A stretch of DNA of 64,000 nt. Source: Thermodesulfobacteriota bacterium. GTDB taxonomy: Bacteria > Desulfobacterota_D > UBA1144 > Nemesobacterales > JAJCZQ01. The notes under the pieces are model-generated. The model was not told the origin of the DNA, ran no database searches, and saw nothing but the letters and a program-made list of their open reading frames with translations. Location of the stretch: positions 128,001 to 192,000 of the forward strand of contig CBDBDR010000017.1 in the NCBI GenBank assembly GCA_965203965.1, in the 5' to 3' direction. The position numbers and the translations under genes were made by a program. Below are positions 1 to 12,321 of this stretch, in pieces (the stretch's first letter is position 1; every line of letters begins with the position of its first letter).

Positions 1-143
1 GTTGGTCTCATCGTAGTTTGCAAATGAACAGCAGTAAGATTTAATATGTTGAATTTGGTCAAAGTCGTCTATAACAAAACATTTAGAATTAAACCTTAAC
101 TGTGTTATATTGAAAGATATAATTTCCCGCAATCTCTCTTGTA

Positions 144-1322
144 ATGAAATTAAACTCTCAAGAAAAAAAATCTGCTTTAATACTTGCTTTGATATTTTCT
201 ACAAGGCTGTTTGGTGTATTTTTAGTAGATCCTGTTTTCAGCGTTTTAGTCACGGAAGAAAACTATCCTGGAGCCGCCAATTTATCGCTTGTCGGTGTCG
301 CTTATGGTATTTACCCATTGATACAGAGTCTCTTTCAACTCCCGTTTGGATGGTTAAGTGATAAGTATGGAAGAAAAAAAATGTTGATTTTGGGGCTTGC
401 TCTTTTTTCATTAGGGAGCTTTGTATGTACAATGGCAGATAACATTTATGAACTTATTGTAGCAAGAGCTATACAAGGCAGCGGTGCCACGGGGGCGGTT
501 GGAATTGCTGCCCTTGGAGATCTTACCAGATCGGAGACCAGAGCACAGGCATTTGCTATACCCGGTATATTTATAGGTGTGGCGTTCATTGCGTCCTTTA
601 TACTTGGACCCTATCTTACCTATAAAATTGGCTTTGTTTCAGTTTTTTATATTCTTGCCGTACTGGGATTATTCAGCATCTTAATAACTTTGCTTTTTTT
701 CCCCAATATCAAAAAAACTGCCAAGAGTTTTGAAAGTAAAGGTAGTATTCTGAACGCCATCAGGAAGAGCAATATTAAATCTTTGATGCTTAGTGGGTTC
801 ATATTGGCTTTCTGCCTGTCTGTTTTCTTGTTTATCTACCCACTTAGTTGGAAGAACCTGGGGGTGTCTGTTTCCGAAAACTGGTTCGTTTATATGATAG
901 CCATACTACCAGGTGCTTTTTTTGCATTCCCGTATATGAGGTATTCTGAAAGGAGAGGAAATCTGCAAAGTGCCGTCAGGCTGGGATTCATCCTTTTGCT
1001 CTTGTCTTTTACAGCATACTTAATAGGTGGTGTTTTTAGTATAGTTTTGAATTTTACGGGAATTTTCTTTTTTGCAGGTTGTATCATGTATCAGTCACTT
1101 CTTCCAGCTTTTCTAACGCAAAGGGTAGCTTCAAACAACAGGGGTTTGTTATCAGGAGTTTACAGTTTAGCAGGCTTCTTTGGTGGTGCATCGGGAGGTA
1201 TGTTGTCCGGGTTTTTATACAGTGTAAATCCACTTTATCCGTTAATTATGTGTTTGACCGTTTTGATGGTGTGGTTTATTCTCGGACTTCCAAAGCAACC
1301 TGAACAAAGTCAAATCAGTTAA
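144..1322 (+). CDS. MFS transporter (YajR-like)
   Basis: 392 aa, about 12 hydrophobic segments, MFS motif A GWLSDKYGRK. Confidence 0.9.
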   Translation: MKLNSQEKKSALILALIFSTRLFGVFLVDPVFSVLVTEENYPGAANLSLVGVAYGIYPLIQSLFQLPFGWLSDKYGRKKMLILGLALFSLGSFVCTMADNIYELIVARAIQGSGATGAVGIAALGDLTRSETRAQAFAIPGIFIGVAFIASFILGPYLTYKIGFVSVFYILAVLGLFSILITLLFFPNIKKTAKSFESKGSILNAIRKSNIKSLMLSGFILAFCLSVFLFIYPLSWKNLGVSVSENWFVYMIAILPGAFFAFPYMRYSERRGNLQSAVRLGFILLLLSFTAYLIGGVFSIVLNFTGIFFFAGCIMYQSLLPAFLTQRVASNNRGLLSGVYSLAGFFGGASGGMLSGFLYSVNPLYPLIMCLTVLMVWFILGLPKQPEQSQIS

Positions 1323-1390
1323 TGATGCTAAGTGCCCACCAAGATTGACTTTCATGTCCTTTCTCATAACATTAGAGGCAACTGAGAAAG

Positions 1391-1858
1391 ATGAGTGTAT
1401 ACAGTTTTCAAAAAACCCAGCATTTACCCATTACCGTGAATAAGTCTTGGGATTTTTTTTCAAACCCCAATAACTTGAAAAAGATAACCCCTCCGAGTCT
1501 CGGACTTGAAATAAAATCGGAAATTTCCGATGAAATATACGAGGGAATGATAATAAATTATGACGTAAGCCTCACACCGTTTTATAAAACGACTTGGACG
1601 ACCGAAATAACAAATGTGAGTAAACCTCACCGGTTTGTTGATGAGCAGAGAATTGGTCCTTATAGGTTCTGGCATCATCAGCATTTTTTCAAAGAAATTG
1701 ATGATGGTGTTTTAATTGAGGATCTGGTTCATTACTCAATACCTTACGGATACATCGGGAGATTACTTAATCATTTTTATATAGCTGGAAACTTGGACCA
1801 TATTTTCGGATACAGGTTCGACGTGTTAAATAAAATATTTCCGAAGAAAGGCTCATAA
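1391..1858 (+). CDS. SRPBCC (START-like) family protein
   Basis: WDFFSNPNNLKKITP and FVDEQRIGPYRFWHHQH motifs; GAGG upstream. Confidence 0.85.
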   Translation: MSVYSFQKTQHLPITVNKSWDFFSNPNNLKKITPPSLGLEIKSEISDEIYEGMIINYDVSLTPFYKTTWTTEITNVSKPHRFVDEQRIGPYRFWHHQHFFKEIDDGVLIEDLVHYSIPYGYIGRLLNHFYIAGNLDHIFGYRFDVLNKIFPKKGS

Positions 1859-1860
1859 AG

Positions 1861-3123
1861 ATGAACATGGAAAAGATTGAGAAATACCTTAGGGATTTAA
1901 TTGTTGAGTTTGCCGAGAGGCCAGAGATACAAATTCAGATGTCCGAGGCTTTTCATATATGGAAGAACGATATGTATTCAGTACCTACTTATTTCACCGA
2001 AGATGATATTGACGACAAAACATTCTCAAAGTTTATGGATTGGTTTGTTTTTGATTTTAGGATTTTCAAAAGTGGTAAAAGAATGATTGAGGAACTCTAT
2101 AAAGAAAAATCAGAGGATCTAAAGGAAGACGAAAAGGCTGTTCTGAAAAATTGGAACCAAAGCTGTCAGAGCTACTTTGATGTGATTAAAGTAACCCCCA
2201 GTGAGTTTTGTGTGATAAGAGATATTTTTACCAATGAGGAGATTTTGATCCATGATAGAGCTGCTTCATCAAAAATAAAGGTTTTTGATATTATTTCCTC
2301 CAGACTTTTGAAAGTGGGAGAGCAATATTTCTTTTCCGGCATTATCTCTGTTTATCCCTCTATTCTCAAGGATGTAATTCTTGACTGTTTCCACAAAGAG
2401 TTCGACTCTTACGGGGCAGATAAAAAGAGCGAAATTTCAGTCAGAAACTTTCTAAAAGATCGTGCATTTTTAATAGAGAGTTACATTGAAGACGTAGTAA
2501 GTCATCCACAATTAATTTCAGTGGATGGAAAAGAAATTATTGTAGCTTCTGCGGTATACGGAGTTAAATCAAAAGAGCCAATACTAAGCATATTAAACCA
2601 AAATGCCACACCAATATACAACAATAGCTCGTTGAATAAAACCTGCTTCTACTACCTAAAGGATGTGGAAGGAGTAAATGTTGATGCTAATATTGAAGTT
2701 GGAAATAATCTGACCGTAACCTGCCACACTAGAAGCAGGTTAAAGGTAGTCAGAGAGTTTATTGAAAGGATTTCAGGAGAATTTATAAGTCATAAAAATG
2801 ACACTTTCAAAAAACTTAATTTGTATATTGAAAACTCAAGAAGAGATACTTACAAATTACCTAAAGGTTTCAGAAGCAGAAAGAAATTTGAAAACTCTCT
2901 GGATGATTTTTACAAAAATTGGATAGAGCAACCACTGGGTGCACTTAATGGATTAACGCCAAGTCAGGCTTTTAAATCAAATGAAAGCAGGGGCATGCTT
3001 GAGAGTGTTCTCTATGAACTTGAGAAACTCTACGACGGTGCAAGGAAAGCGGGGGAACCTTATTATGAAGTCTCAAAACTGAGAGAATTATTACAAATTG
3101 ATTTTGAAAAGAGTTTGGAATAA
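1861..3123 (+). CDS. Hypothetical protein with C-terminal Xre/MbcA/ParS(DUF2384)-like motif
   Basis: 420-aa ORF; C-terminal WIEQPLGALNGLTPSQA; N-terminal FMDWFVFD resembles SEC-C-associated hypotheticals. Confidence 0.6.
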   Translation: MNMEKIEKYLRDLIVEFAERPEIQIQMSEAFHIWKNDMYSVPTYFTEDDIDDKTFSKFMDWFVFDFRIFKSGKRMIEELYKEKSEDLKEDEKAVLKNWNQSCQSYFDVIKVTPSEFCVIRDIFTNEEILIHDRAASSKIKVFDIISSRLLKVGEQYFFSGIISVYPSILKDVILDCFHKEFDSYGADKKSEISVRNFLKDRAFLIESYIEDVVSHPQLISVDGKEIIVASAVYGVKSKEPILSILNQNATPIYNNSSLNKTCFYYLKDVEGVNVDANIEVGNNLTVTCHTRSRLKVVREFIERISGEFISHKNDTFKKLNLYIENSRRDTYKLPKGFRSRKKFENSLDDFYKNWIEQPLGALNGLTPSQAFKSNESRGMLESVLYELEKLYDGARKAGEPYYEVSKLRELLQIDFEKSLE

Positions 3124-3199
3124 AAATCAATAAGCCGATTTTACAAACTGGACGGGTATTTGATTCCATTTTCAGATTAATCTGGCAAATTGACTTAAT

Positions 3200-3631
3200 A
3201 TGCGGATAGGTATAGTTGACGAAGACAATTTAATTGGCGAGAGAAACATCATCAGGTTAAAAAGGGGTGTTGAGGATATACTAAAATCCCTCGGTTTTTC
3301 AGATAAAACTGAAATATGTATATCGTTTGTTGATGATGAAGCTATGAGAGTACTAAACAAGGAATACAGAGGTATTGACAGAACAACAGATGTCCTGTCC
3401 TTTTGCCAGGCTGATGATTTACTCGGAGATGTTGTTATTTCTTTTGAAACGGCAAAAAAGCATACCGAGATGTATAAAACCACTCTTAAAGAGGAAATTG
3501 AAAGATTATTGATACATGGAGTGCTTCATCTTTGCGGTTATGATCATAAGAAGGAAAATGAAAGAAACCTTATGAGACAAAAGGAACAAGAACTGTCCGC
3601 CAAACTGGGGAAGTTATCTCTGAAATCATAA
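3200..3631 (+). CDS. ybeY: rRNA maturation RNase YbeY
   Basis: LNKEYRGIDRTTDVLSF, LGDVVIS and HGVLHLCGYDH motifs. Confidence 0.95.
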   Translation: MRIGIVDEDNLIGERNIIRLKRGVEDILKSLGFSDKTEICISFVDDEAMRVLNKEYRGIDRTTDVLSFCQADDLLGDVVISFETAKKHTEMYKTTLKEEIERLLIHGVLHLCGYDHKKENERNLMRQKEQELSAKLGKLSLKS

Positions 3632-4168
3632 ATCGTTTTCAATCTCCTCAATCTCTTTTAAAGTGGGAAGTTCACTTAAATTTTTTAGGTTGAAAGTAGA
3701 GAGAAATCCATCAGTTGTTCCATAGAAGAATGGTTTGCCCGGAGCATCTTTTCTTCCCCTGATCTCTATCAGACCCTTGTCAAGAAGGAGGTTAATTACA
3801 CTTGAACAACTAACGCCTCTTACCTGTTCAACTTCCACCCTCGTAACAGGTTGTTTGTAGGCAACAATTGCCAGTGTTTCAAGTGATGCCTTGCCCAGTC
3901 GGGATTTTTTGATTTCTTTGTTGAAGTTTATTATATCTTCTGCAAATTCGGCTTTTGATCTAAACTGGTATCCGTTTGATATTTCTAAAAGCTCAAAACC
4001 CCTGTCAGAGGTTTCAAAATTTGAGGCAATTTCTTCCAATGCTTTTATAAGTTCTTTTGCCTCATAGTTTTTAAAATAGTGCTTCAGTTCTTTTACGGTT
4101 ACCGGCACGGATGAAACAAATATTATTGCCTCTATAAGTTGTTTTAGATTATCGTTTTGCAATTTCAT
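3626..4168 (-). CDS. scpB: SMC-Scp complex subunit ScpB
   Basis: ASLETLAIVAYKQPVTRVEVEQVRGV, GTTDGFL..F.L..LSELP; start moved to ATG 4168 (TTG 4162 also possible). Confidence 0.93.
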   Translation of the reverse strand: MKLQNDNLKQLIEAIIFVSSVPVTVKELKHYFKNYEAKELIKALEEIASNFETSDRGFELLEISNGYQFRSKAEFAEDIINFNKEIKKSRLGKASLETLAIVAYKQPVTRVEVEQVRGVSCSSVINLLLDKGLIEIRGRKDAPGKPFFYGTTDGFLSTFNLKNLSELPTLKEIEEIENDL

Positions 4169-4901
4169 TTCCCAAATAAACAAGTTCCACTTCACTATTG
4201 CAGTCTTCCTGAACAATACACAGCGTGTTGTTCTTGACCATTTCCAAGACAGCCAGAAAAGTTATTACAAACTCTGATTTGGATATTAAATTTGAAAATA
4301 GGTTTTTAAACCTAATTTGACCTCTGAATTTTATAAAGTTTAATAATTCATTTGCTTTTTGTTCTATTGAATACATTTCCAAGTTATAAACTATTTCTTC
4401 TTCGGTTGAGTCAAAGTTTTTCCTCTTACATACTTCCCTGAATGCTGTCATTAAAGACCATAGATCTGTTTTAGCAATCTCTGTTTCTTCTGCTATTTCT
4501 CCAAATTCTTCAGCGTAGCTCAATCCTCTTACAAATACTTCTTTGCCGAGAATATTTTTTTTCTCCAACTCTTCTGTTGCTTCTTTATACTTTTCATATT
4601 CCAGTAGCCTTCTTACAAGTTCCGAATGTGGATCTTCTTCCTCTTCTTCAGATGGAGGATTGGGCAGCAGCATGCGAGATTTAATCAAGCTCAGTTGTGC
4701 CGCAAGAGCCATGTAGCTGCCAACGACTGATAGGTCGTATTTTTTTAGAACCTCCAGATATTCAAAGTATTGCCGGGTGATCTTCGCAATTGGAATTTCA
4801 TAAATATCAACTTCATTTTTTTTGATAAGTTGAAGAAGGAGATCAAGTGGTCCCTCATATACTTGTAATTTAACAAGGTAAGGAAGTTGTAGTTGTTCCA
4901 C
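4149..4901 (-). CDS. scpA: Segregation/condensation protein ScpA
   Basis: YEGPLDLLLQLI, IKSRMLLP, TFLAVLEM; adjacent to scpB. Confidence 0.93.
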   Translation of the reverse strand: MEQLQLPYLVKLQVYEGPLDLLLQLIKKNEVDIYEIPIAKITRQYFEYLEVLKKYDLSVVGSYMALAAQLSLIKSRMLLPNPPSEEEEEDPHSELVRRLLEYEKYKEATEELEKKNILGKEVFVRGLSYAEEFGEIAEETEIAKTDLWSLMTAFREVCKRKNFDSTEEEIVYNLEMYSIEQKANELLNFIKFRGQIRFKNLFSNLISKSEFVITFLAVLEMVKNNTLCIVQEDCNSEVELVYLGNEIAKR

Positions 4902-4917
4902 GTCCGAAGATTGATCC

Positions 4918-5592
4918 TTATGTGTTTAAAATTACCTGTATTATTATACGGGTCTCGTCATTGCTGAATTCAAAAAAATGTATAAATATAAAAAACGGAT
5001 AAGTTATAATGAAAGAAAAGAATTTTCCTCCAAGCATTATCAGGGCTAATAGTATGAGTATTCCATACGTTTCAATCTTCATGATGTACCGACCCATCTC
5101 ATCGGGTAGCAAACCATAGAGCACTCTAGATCCATCAAGTGGGGGAAAGGGAAGCATATTAAATACTGCAAGCACTACGCTAATGAAGATCAACCATACA
5201 AGTATTTGAGTGATCGGTTCGATTACCGGAAATATACTGTCCATTGAGGTATTAAATATGATTAGCTTTAAGAAGATTGCCGCGACGACGGCAGTGATGA
5301 GGTTGGAGATTGGCCCGGCAATTGCCACGTAAAGCATGTCTTTTTTAGGATTTTTGAAATTTGATGGATTAACCGGTACGGGTTTTGCCCATCCAAAGTG
5401 CACCAGCACCAGCAATATCGTTCCGATAATATCCAGATGTTTTAATGGATTGAGCGTGAGTCTGCCAAGTCTTTTTGCCGTGTCATCGCCGAGCTTATTG
5501 GCGACGTAGGCATGGGCGTACTCGTGTATCGTCAGAGAGAAAAGTATTACTGGTATAAGAATGAGCAAAAATTTATAGTCCAGATTTAGCAT
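4918..5592 (-). CDS. Site-2 protease (M50) family membrane metalloprotease
   Basis: HEYAH and NMLPFPPLDG motifs; hydrophobic. Confidence 0.92.
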   Translation of the reverse strand: MLNLDYKFLLILIPVILFSLTIHEYAHAYVANKLGDDTAKRLGRLTLNPLKHLDIIGTILLVLVHFGWAKPVPVNPSNFKNPKKDMLYVAIAGPISNLITAVVAAIFLKLIIFNTSMDSIFPVIEPITQILVWLIFISVVLAVFNMLPFPPLDGSRVLYGLLPDEMGRYIMKIETYGILILLALIMLGGKFFSFIITYPFFIFIHFFEFSNDETRIIIQVILNT

Positions 5593-5593
5593 T

Positions 5594-6496
5594 TTACGAC
5601 CTCGGGTGAAATTTCCTGTGAATTTCTCTTAATTTTTTCCCCTCAACGTGCGTGTAAATTTGTGTTGTTGAAATGTCTGCATGTCCAAGAAGCATCTGTA
5701 TTGTTCTCAGATCTGCACCATTCTCAAGAAGGTGAGTTGCATACGAATGTCTTATAGTGTGCGGACTGATGTTTTGTTGTATACCTGCTTTGGTTGCATA
5801 ATTTTTAATGATTTTCCAAAATCCCTGTCTTGTAAAATTTGAACCGCGTCTTGTGATGAAAATGAAGTCTGAGATCTTATTTTTTATCAAATTCGGTCTG
5901 GATAAGGATAAATAATCCTTAATTTTTTTTAAAGACGTCTGACTTATTGGTGCCAGCCTTTCTTTGCTTCCCTTGCCAAATACTACAAGGTATCCATGGT
6001 CCTGGTTTAAACTGCTCAGTGTCAAATTGACAAGCTCAGACACCCTCACACCAGAAGCGTATAGTATTTCTAACATGGCAGAGTCTCTCAATCCTTCAAA
6101 AGTTGAGACGTCAGGGGCATTCAATATTTTCTCAATATCCTCCAGTGACAGCACATCGGGAATGAGTCTTTTCATTTTGGGTGTTATTAAATTTACGGTC
6201 GGATCATTTTGAATAATATTTTCAAGCAATAGGTATTTAAAAAACTGCTTTACGGAAACTATGCAGTGAATAATTGACCTGATACTCAGTCCCTTGATGT
6301 TCAACTCAACCGCAAAATCAGTTAAATGATCAGGTTCTATGTTAGCTATTGAACCTACATTGCTTTTTTTTAGAAAACTAAAAAGTTTTTCAATGTCTGT
6401 TTTGTAGGAATTTATAGTGTTTTCTGATAAACCTCTTATAACTACGAGATATGTCAAGTAAGACTCAAGCGTATCTTCAAAGGTATTACCTGCCAT
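5594..6496 (-). CDS. xerD: Tyrosine recombinase XerD
   Basis: LYASGVRVSEL, GKGSKER, SPHTIRHSYATHLL, LLGHADISTTQIYT; housekeeping context next to S2P-scpAB. Confidence 0.9.
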   Translation of the reverse strand: MAGNTFEDTLESYLTYLVVIRGLSENTINSYKTDIEKLFSFLKKSNVGSIANIEPDHLTDFAVELNIKGLSIRSIIHCIVSVKQFFKYLLLENIIQNDPTVNLITPKMKRLIPDVLSLEDIEKILNAPDVSTFEGLRDSAMLEILYASGVRVSELVNLTLSSLNQDHGYLVVFGKGSKERLAPISQTSLKKIKDYLSLSRPNLIKNKISDFIFITRRGSNFTRQGFWKIIKNYATKAGIQQNISPHTIRHSYATHLLENGADLRTIQMLLGHADISTTQIYTHVEGKKLREIHRKFHPRS

Positions 6497-6505
6497 ATTT
6501 CAATT

Positions 6506-8948
<2,443 letters not shown>

Positions 8949-9114
8949 AAGATTTCCTTTTTAAGGTTAAGTTTTAAGTAAGTTTGAACAATACGTGTGC
9001 CGATTAAAAAATCAGAGAGAAAATAATATATAACTAATCGGCATAACACAAGATTTATTATTATTTTCATGTATAATCGTCTACTGATCTCAACAAGTGA
9101 ACCTAAACTGAAAC

Positions 9115-9789
9115 ATGAGTAAGTTAATTGCCCCTTCTATCTTAGCAGCAGATCTTACTAAACTTGGAGAAGAGGTGGAAGCTGTTAAAAAAGGAGGAGC
9201 TGACTGGATACACGTTGATGTAATGGATGGGCATTTTGTGCCTAATATAAGTCTTGGAATTCCCACTGTTAGGTCTCTTGCCCAGATTGCTCCTTTGCCT
9301 ATGGACGTTCATTTAATGATTGATAATCCGGGCAAGTTTGTGGAACTGTTCATAGAAGCTGCATCTCCTTGCTGCAAACTCATTACAATACAGGTTGAAA
9401 CCTGTAACACTCTGTATGGCACGATCTCAAAAATTAAGTCTCACGGTGTAATGGCAGGTGTTGCGGTAAACCCAGGAACGCCTTTATATGTGCTTGATGA
9501 GATATTGCCGATGGTAGATCTGGTTTTGGTAATGTCGGTTGAGCCGGGAATGGTTGGCCAGAAATTCATAGAGTCCAGTATTGATAAAATAAAGAGGTTG
9601 AAAAAAATGATTGATACTATGGATAGTGCACAAAAGCCATTGATTGAAGTGGATGGTGGTATTAAGCTGAATAATATCAAAAAAGTTGTAGATGCCGGTG
9701 CTGACGTAATAGTTTCCGGTTCGGGAATATTTGCCACGGAAAACTACGGTAAAACAATAAAAGAGATGAAAAGCATTCTGTCAGGCTAA
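9115..9789 (+). CDS. rpe: Ribulose-phosphate 3-epimerase
   Basis: IAPSILAAD, HVDVMDGHFVPN, IEVDGG. Confidence 0.96.
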   Translation: MSKLIAPSILAADLTKLGEEVEAVKKGGADWIHVDVMDGHFVPNISLGIPTVRSLAQIAPLPMDVHLMIDNPGKFVELFIEAASPCCKLITIQVETCNTLYGTISKIKSHGVMAGVAVNPGTPLYVLDEILPMVDLVLVMSVEPGMVGQKFIESSIDKIKRLKKMIDTMDSAQKPLIEVDGGIKLNNIKKVVDAGADVIVSGSGIFATENYGKTIKEMKSILSG

Positions 9790-9851
9790 TCCCACAGAGT
9801 TAATTGTGTATCAACTTTTAAGCAATGACTGGGGGAATTTTTGGTTTATGG

Positions 9852-10481
9852 ATGAGTAAATCTAATACATTTGTCAAGGATATTGAAAGATACTTTTTAT
9901 TGCTTGCTGGAAAAGGGCTTATGCTCTCCTCCAAAGATTATTACCTAATTGATGAGTGGATGGACAGAGGATTGTCAAAAGAGCAGGTATTTAATGGTAT
10001 AAGAGATGCTTTTGAGAGCAGAGCAGGGGACAGGGTCAGGAGTATTTATGACTGCAAGGAGCATGTTGAGAGTAATGAAACAAAGTCGTGTAGGTCAGAA
10101 TTGTCAAATAATAACCTACCGGAAATCAGGCTTTATATTGACAGTTTAGTGAAAAATTTTAACAGATTGATAGTTGAAGAAAAATCTGCTGGTCTGTGCA
10201 GTTTGCACAATGAATACAAAGCGGCACTTTGTGAATTGGATGCTTCTGAAAAAAGCACATTTGAAAAAATCAATGAAATTGAAGAACAATATTTTCAGCG
10301 GATTAGAAAATATTTAGAAGAAAGTGAAGATTTAAATTTTTCAGATCAATTAGAGAAATCTATAAATGCACCCAATAATTACATTAATGAAGGATCAAGG
10401 GAAAAGTTGTTGAATGCTTACTTAAAAAATTTAATAATAGAAAAGTATATATACTTTAATCCCTTTGAAGTTGGTAAATAG
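9852..10481 (+). CDS. Hypothetical protein with N-terminal DnaD/DnaB_2-like helical segment
   Basis: LSSKDYYLIDEWMDRGLSKEQVFNGIRDAF; 1-nt overlap with downstream ATPase; start 9852 or 9825. Confidence 0.55.
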   Translation: MSKSNTFVKDIERYFLLLAGKGLMLSSKDYYLIDEWMDRGLSKEQVFNGIRDAFESRAGDRVRSIYDCKEHVESNETKSCRSELSNNNLPEIRLYIDSLVKNFNRLIVEEKSAGLCSLHNEYKAALCELDASEKSTFEKINEIEEQYFQRIRKYLEESEDLNFSDQLEKSINAPNNYINEGSREKLLNAYLKNLIIEKYIYFNPFEVGK

Positions 10482-11290
10482 TGGAAGCGAAAATCAAGGC
10501 AATTGGTTGTAAAAAATGCCTTCATCAGGGTTATGTTGTTAGTAAACGCGAGGAGTTTTCTCATGCCAGTTTATGTGAGTGTGTGGGTAAATGTACAACC
10601 TGTAATGGTGATGGTGTTGTAAGTTATAAAAATGAAAATAACTATGCTTTATTAAGTTCATGTCCAAACTGTGGTTACCTGAAAAGCAATATAAGAAAAT
10701 ATAATCTTGCAAGAATACCAGCAAAGTTTTCAGAAGTGTTGATGGTAGATACCTATAAACCCAGATCGAAGCATCAGCAAGTGGCACTTAAGTATGTCAA
10801 GGAGACTTTTATAAAAAACTATCCTAACCATAGGGGTTATGCTTTGATGGGAAATCCGGGAGTCGGTAAGACTCACCTTGTAATTGGCACTATCGCGGAA
10901 CTTACTATAGAGAGGGGTGTAAGCTGCTTGTTCAAGGATTTTTTTCTGCTTTTATCCGAGATTAAGCAGGCTTATTCAGAAGGTATATCAGAAACGGAGA
11001 TACTCCGTCCCTTATTGGATATAGAAGTGCTTGTGATAGATGAAATGGGCAAAGGCAAGAGCAATGAATGGGAACTGAATATTTTAGATCAGTTGATCTC
11101 CAACAGATATAACTCGTCCAAAAAAACTTTGATCACAACCAATTTCCTATCCGAGGAGCACACGGGGAAAAGTTATTCAAGCACCGAGTTGTTAGAGGAA
11201 AGAATAGGGGAGCGTATATTTTCCAGACTTAGTGAGATGTGCGACTTTATCTATATTGAAGGGGATGATTACAGGAAATTGGTGGACTAA
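10481..11290 (+). CDS. DnaC/DnaI/IstB-like AAA+ ATPase with N-terminal Cys-rich Zn-binding region
   Basis: Multiple CxxC/CxC; Walker A GNPGVGKT, Walker B LVIDEMG, TLITTN, GERIFSRL. Confidence 0.88.
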   Translation: MEAKIKAIGCKKCLHQGYVVSKREEFSHASLCECVGKCTTCNGDGVVSYKNENNYALLSSCPNCGYLKSNIRKYNLARIPAKFSEVLMVDTYKPRSKHQQVALKYVKETFIKNYPNHRGYALMGNPGVGKTHLVIGTIAELTIERGVSCLFKDFFLLLSEIKQAYSEGISETEILRPLLDIEVLVIDEMGKGKSNEWELNILDQLISNRYNSSKKTLITTNFLSEEHTGKSYSSTELLEERIGERIFSRLSEMCDFIYIEGDDYRKLVD

Positions 11291-12321
11291 CTGAATTTCC
11301 AATACTTGGAGTAACTGCTTAAAACTCCTTCAACTACAAACTCGGTGCTTGGTGAGGTGTCTGTGATAATAATGTCAGTTTTGTTAATATCCAGAAGTTC
11401 TTTAAAAACAAAACTGCTTATAGCTGCAAGACCCTGAATATTGTAGCCCCCCTCAAGCACCAGCGCCAATTTTCCGTCTGAATGTTTCTCTGCAGCATTC
11501 ATTGCATATCTTGTAAGTTGTGAGAAGCCATTTTCGGTTATTTGCATTCCCCCGAGAGGGTCAGCATGATAAGCATCAAAACCGGCTGAAACCAGTATAA
11601 ATTCGGGATTGAATTGCTCAATTATGGGCGTTAGAATAAGGTCAAGTAAGTGGTTGTAGTCTCCATCTTCGAGCATCGGTGGCGCGGGAATATTTACCGT
11701 AAATCCCTCACCATCTTCAATACCAATCTCGTTTAAGCTCCCTGTGCCCGGGTAAAATGGAAATTGATGTATGGATGCAAACAGAACATCCGGACTTTTA
11801 TAAAATATGTGTTGAGTGCCATTTCCATGATGAACGTCCCAATCAAGGATTAATACCTTTTTTATTCCCCGTGAAAGTAGGTGTGCTGCTCCAATAGCCA
11901 CGTGATTAAAAAAGCAAAAGCCCATAGCCCTATCAGCCTCAGCATGATGACCCGGCGGCCTAATTAGCGCAAAAACAGTATCCAGTTCGTTGCTCAATAC
12001 TTTATCCAATCCTGATATGAAACCACCGGTGCCTCTTAACGCTGCCTCGTATGTATAGGGGTTAGAAGAGGTGTCCGGGTCAAACCTGTGTGTTTCCATG
12101 CCCTTTGTTGTTTTTACTGAATTATAGTAAGGCTCGGAATGAACACGCAATATCTGCTCTTGGGTTGCGTCGACCGGGTTTATGATCTCCAGATTTGATA
12201 TAAGCCCAGAATCTTCAAGCATGTTATATATAGATTCAAGACGTTCAGGACACTCAGGATGCTGAAAACCATTTACATGTTTCAAGAACAACTCATCTTT
12301 TACAATTCCTACACGTTTCAT
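11287..12321 (-). CDS. Histone deacetylase-family (class II-like) amidohydrolase
   Basis: HPECPERL, RPPGHHA, DWDVHHGNGTQ, SAGFDA, LEGGY; ATG 12321 overlaps folC stop (ATGA). Confidence 0.93.
   Translation of the reverse strand: MKRVGIVKDELFLKHVNGFQHPECPERLESIYNMLEDSGLISNLEIINPVDATQEQILRVHSEPYYNSVKTTKGMETHRFDPDTSSNPYTYEAALRGTGGFISGLDKVLSNELDTVFALIRPPGHHAEADRAMGFCFFNHVAIGAAHLLSRGIKKVLILDWDVHHGNGTQHIFYKSPDVLFASIHQFPFYPGTGSLNEIGIEDGEGFTVNIPAPPMLEDGDYNHLLDLILTPIIEQFNPEFILVSAGFDAYHADPLGGMQITENGFSQLTRYAMNAAEKHSDGKLALVLEGGYNIQGLAAISSFVFKELLDINKTDIIITDTSPSTEFVVEGVLSSYSKYWKFS

Noticed and set aside
5594..6496. Tyrosine recombinase as a phage/ICE or integron integrase
   Set aside because: XerD-type motifs and size, embedded in a housekeeping operon; no att sites, cargo or IntI-specific insertion.
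10481..11290. IS21 element (IstB)
   Set aside because: No IstA DDE transposase and no terminal inverted repeats.
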